From: Octopus vulgaris
Lineage: Eukaryota
NCBI GenBank assembly: GCA_951406725.2
Contig: OX597842.1
Coordinates: forward strand, 26,164,001 to 26,228,000
Reading direction: 5' to 3'
Length of the DNA: 64,000 nucleotides
The translations under genes were made by a program, and so were the position numbers. Numbering within the stretch: position 1 is the stretch's first letter; every line of letters begins with the position of its first letter. The notes below the pieces were generated by a model. The model worked only from the letters and a program-made list of their open reading frames with translations. It was not told where the DNA came from and ran no database searches. Of this stretch, positions 60,400-64,000 are shown in pieces.

Positions 60400-61095
60400 A
60401 AGACACACATACACACCTCAGCCTCTCCACACACACACACATAATAGACACACACACATACACACCTCAGAATCTTCACACACACACATAATAGACACAC
60501 ACACACACATAATAGACACACACACATACACACCTCATCATCTCCACACACACACACATAATAGACGGCACACACATACACACATAATATACGGACACAC
60601 ATACACACACATAATAGACACACACACATACACACCTCAGCATCTCCACACACACACACACACACACATAATAGACACACACACATACACACCTCATCAT
60701 CTCCACACACACATAATAGACAACACACATACACACCTCAGCATCTCCACACACACACACATAATAGACGGCACACACATACACACATAATATACGGACA
60801 CACATACACACACATAATAGACACACACACATACACACCTCAGCATCTCCACACACACACACACACATACATAATAGTCGCACACACATACACACCTCAG
60901 CCTCTCCACACACACATAATAGACACACACACATACACACCTCATCATCTCCGCACACACACACATACACACCTCAGCATCTTCACACACACACACACAC
61001 ACACATAATAGATGCACACACACATAATAAACGCACACACATACACACCTCATCATCTCCACACACACATAATAGACGGACACACAGACACACAG
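60400..61095. repeat. CA-rich minisatellite directly upstream of the opsin ATG
   Basis: Repeated ATAATAGAC(AC)nATACACACCTCA(G/T)CATCTCC(AC)n units. Confidence 0.8.
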
Positions 61096-61126
61096 AGAAA
61101 CTACAGAACAAGATAACTCAGTTATT

Positions 61127-62059
61127 ATGACTTCATCCACAACACCGGATCGCGACAGCTTTCTGTTGCATCACCTCTTGCAGAACTGTACCAAGGCATA
61201 TCTCAGGTCAGCGGCACTCTACGAGGTCTTTGTGGTCGCGAGTCACACGGCGCATGTGGCGCGGGGCCGAGGAACGGACAGCGGCGTCGGCGTCGGGATC
61301 GGCGCCCCGAGCATCGGCGTGCTCGGCGGCACGCCCGGTAACGCGCAAACATTACCGGCGACCGCGATCAACGGTGCCGCTGACCGAGCCTCCGGGACGA
61401 GCATCGGTGGCAGCGGCGGAGCTGGCGGCACCGGGGCCACCGGCGGCACGGGCGGCGAAGAGATCCAGCTCCTTTCGCGAGAGGTCGGTCTCACCGTGGC
61501 CGGAGTCCTGGCCATATTTTCCATAGCCGCTGTCCTCATGAACGGGGGCGTGATCGCCATGTTCGCCCTACGACGCGACCTCATAACCCCAACAAATATC
61601 TTCATCGTAAATCTCACCCTCTGCGACCTTCTAATAGCAACATTCGGCAACCCTTTCGCTATTGTTTCTGGCGTGATGCGACGCTGGTATTTCGGCCACA
61701 GCGGCTGCGTCTGGTACGGATTCACCATGACGCTCCTGGGCCTCAACTCAATCACCCTGCTCACGGCCATCTCTGTCGATCGATACATCCTCATCGTACA
61801 CACCATTCGAGCGGTCACCATCAGTAAAAAGGCATCCCTCATCTCAGTATTTGCTTGTTTGATGTGGGCATCATTTTGGGCTGGAATGCCCTTACTCGGT
61901 TGGAATAGCTATGTGACTGAAGTCAGCGGCTTGGCATGTAGTGTGGACTGGCGAGGGCGGAACCCCGGTGATACATCCTATATAGTACTTCTCCTGGTGT
62001 TCTGTCTGGTTTTGCCCATGCTGACAATAGGGTACTCCTATATACGCATATTCTGGACG
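61127..62059 (+). CDS. Opsin (class A GPCR), first coding exon, N-terminus through TM5; probably xenopsin/c-opsin-like
   Basis: LITPTNIFIVNLTLCDLL (TM2), WYFGHSGCVWYGF (Cys110, Tyr113), DRY, WAGMPLLGWNSYVTE...CSVDW (Glu181, Cys187). Phase-0 donor ACG|GTAAGT at 62059/62060. The TM7 lysine lies outside the window, so the subtype is inferred. Confidence 0.88.
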
Positions 62060-62437
62060 GTAAGTCATATACAATTTAATTTATCTATATATATAAGTAC
62101 AGGAATAAGGGTGTCTGTCTATATCTATATATATATATATGTGTATATATGAAAATTATAATTAAGGGTATCGAAGAGATACCACCATGCTTGAAATAGC
62201 AGGTAGAACCGAACTCTAAAACCACACCATGGATTCATACAGCACAAAGTATGACTACATAATGTGGTTTTAGAGTCAGGTTTTGACTGCTATTTCGAGC
62301 ATGGTGGTATCTCTTCGATACCCTTGTTTATAATTCTAATAATAATTATTACCTATAAGGTTTTTTTTCCCATGCTGGCCACTTGATACGATTGTTATTT
62401 TAAATAACGGTCTTATCCTTATTTATATAAAAATTTA

Positions 62438-62481
<44 letters not shown>

Positions 62482-62553
62482 TATATGTATATATATATAA
62501 CTATATATAATTATATATATATATATGCTTATATAAATGTATATATGTATGTA

Positions 62554-62647
<94 letters not shown>

Positions 62648-62771
62648 AAAAAAGGGTGAAATATAATTAATTTTTTATTAGTAGGAGAAATAGTGATCTA
62701 TTTGGCTGCTGTTTCTAATATTTTCAGCATGTGGTTTTGAGCAACTTGTTGCAATTAACCCTTTATTATAA

Positions 62772-62814
<43 letters not shown>

Positions 62815-63367
62815 AAAAATGACTAATTATATATACAGATGTGTATACATGTGTTCTTATATAAATATGTATGTGTATGTATACAGATGTGTGCATGCGT
62901 ATATGTGTGTGTCTATGTGTATATATGTTTATCTAGTGACTATTGCTTACATACATTTGTATTTATAAATATACACGTGTGCAAATGCACGTGTGTGTGT
63001 GTATATATATTTATTTATTAATACATATTTATGTATGTATGTATATATATATATATATACAGGTGTTTACATGCACCTACTATCTTTCTATCTGTCCATG
63101 TATATGTGTGTGTATGCATATGTATGTTTATGTATATGTGTATATATTTTAATATCTACACATACACACACACAAACTTATATATACACACACACACACC
63201 TACTACCTTTCTATCTGTTCATATATGTGTGTGTGTGGATACATATATATGTTTATATAACTGTATATATATTTTTATACCTACACATACACACAAACGT
63301 ATATATACATACATATATATATACACACATACATACATACATATTTACATATATATCATATATATAT

Positions 63368-63406
<39 letters not shown>

Positions 63407-63638
63407 TACATACATATACATATATATATATATGTATATATATATATATGTGAGTATTTATATATATGTATATATATATGTATATATATGTATGTATATA
63501 TCACATATATAGTTTTTGTATGTGTGTATGCATCATTATATGTATGTAGTTCACACATAAAACTTGAGTGTTTGTATATATATTAATGTATGTATGTGTG
63601 TATGAGTATGTGTCTATACCTATGGGTGCATATATGCA

Positions 63639-63683
<45 letters not shown>

Positions 63684-64000
63684 GTATGTTTTTTTTACCT
63701 GGTTCTACATATGTTTGTACGGCCATATCACTTACATAAGTTACACATCTGTAGATGCATGCGTATGTATGTACATATGTATATATATGTGTGCACATAT
63801 ATATATATTTATATATATTTATGCATATATGTTTGTGATATCAAATAAACTGATCAATTTTTGCACAGGCTTAAACCAAATATAAAAATAAACACGCAAG
63901 AACACATATAGGTTTGTATAATTTATATGTATGTGTATATATAGCTTTGAGTGTGTAAGTATATATATACATATATACATACATAAACATACACATATAT

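Noticed and set aside
61243-61842. 199-aa minus-strand ORF
   Set aside because: Antisense shadow of the GC-rich opsin exon.
62060-62152. ORF extension VSHIQFNL...YIYI
   Set aside because: Intron read-through past the GTAAGT donor.
62165-62325. Hammerhead in the intronic fold-back (TCGAAGA..GAAATAGCAGTC)
   Set aside because: The core is deviant and helices I and III cannot be formed convincingly.

Overview
Repeat-saturated, AT-rich eukaryotic genomic DNA. The microsatellite load and SINE repertoire look like an octopus/cephalopod genome; this is inference. Almost all listed ORFs are microsatellite artefacts. The only host gene is the first coding exon of an opsin GPCR (61127-62059, +; Tyr at the 113 position, Glu at the 181 position; probably xenopsin-like). 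The rest is transposon debris: SINEs, non-autonomous Helitrons, mariner and maT-like DNA transposons, and RTE, CR1-like, Tx1-like, R4/Dong-like and Penelope-like retroelement fragments. An ~11 kb block is present twice, on either side of a 100-N gap. Two patterns stand out. (1) Many short non-coding elements sit in (TA)n tracts, are often fold-back palindromes, and carry at least five distinct minimal type I hammerhead-ribozyme motifs with short, (near-)palindromic helix III; one has a U3-A8 compensatory core. A Penelope-like RT remnant lies nearby. (2) Head-to-tail arrays have been amplified from pieces of unrelated transposons. Three of them (RTE reverse-transcriptase 3' end, mariner 3' end, SINE 3' half) share a ~140-bp unit, and a fourth has a 47-bp unit.
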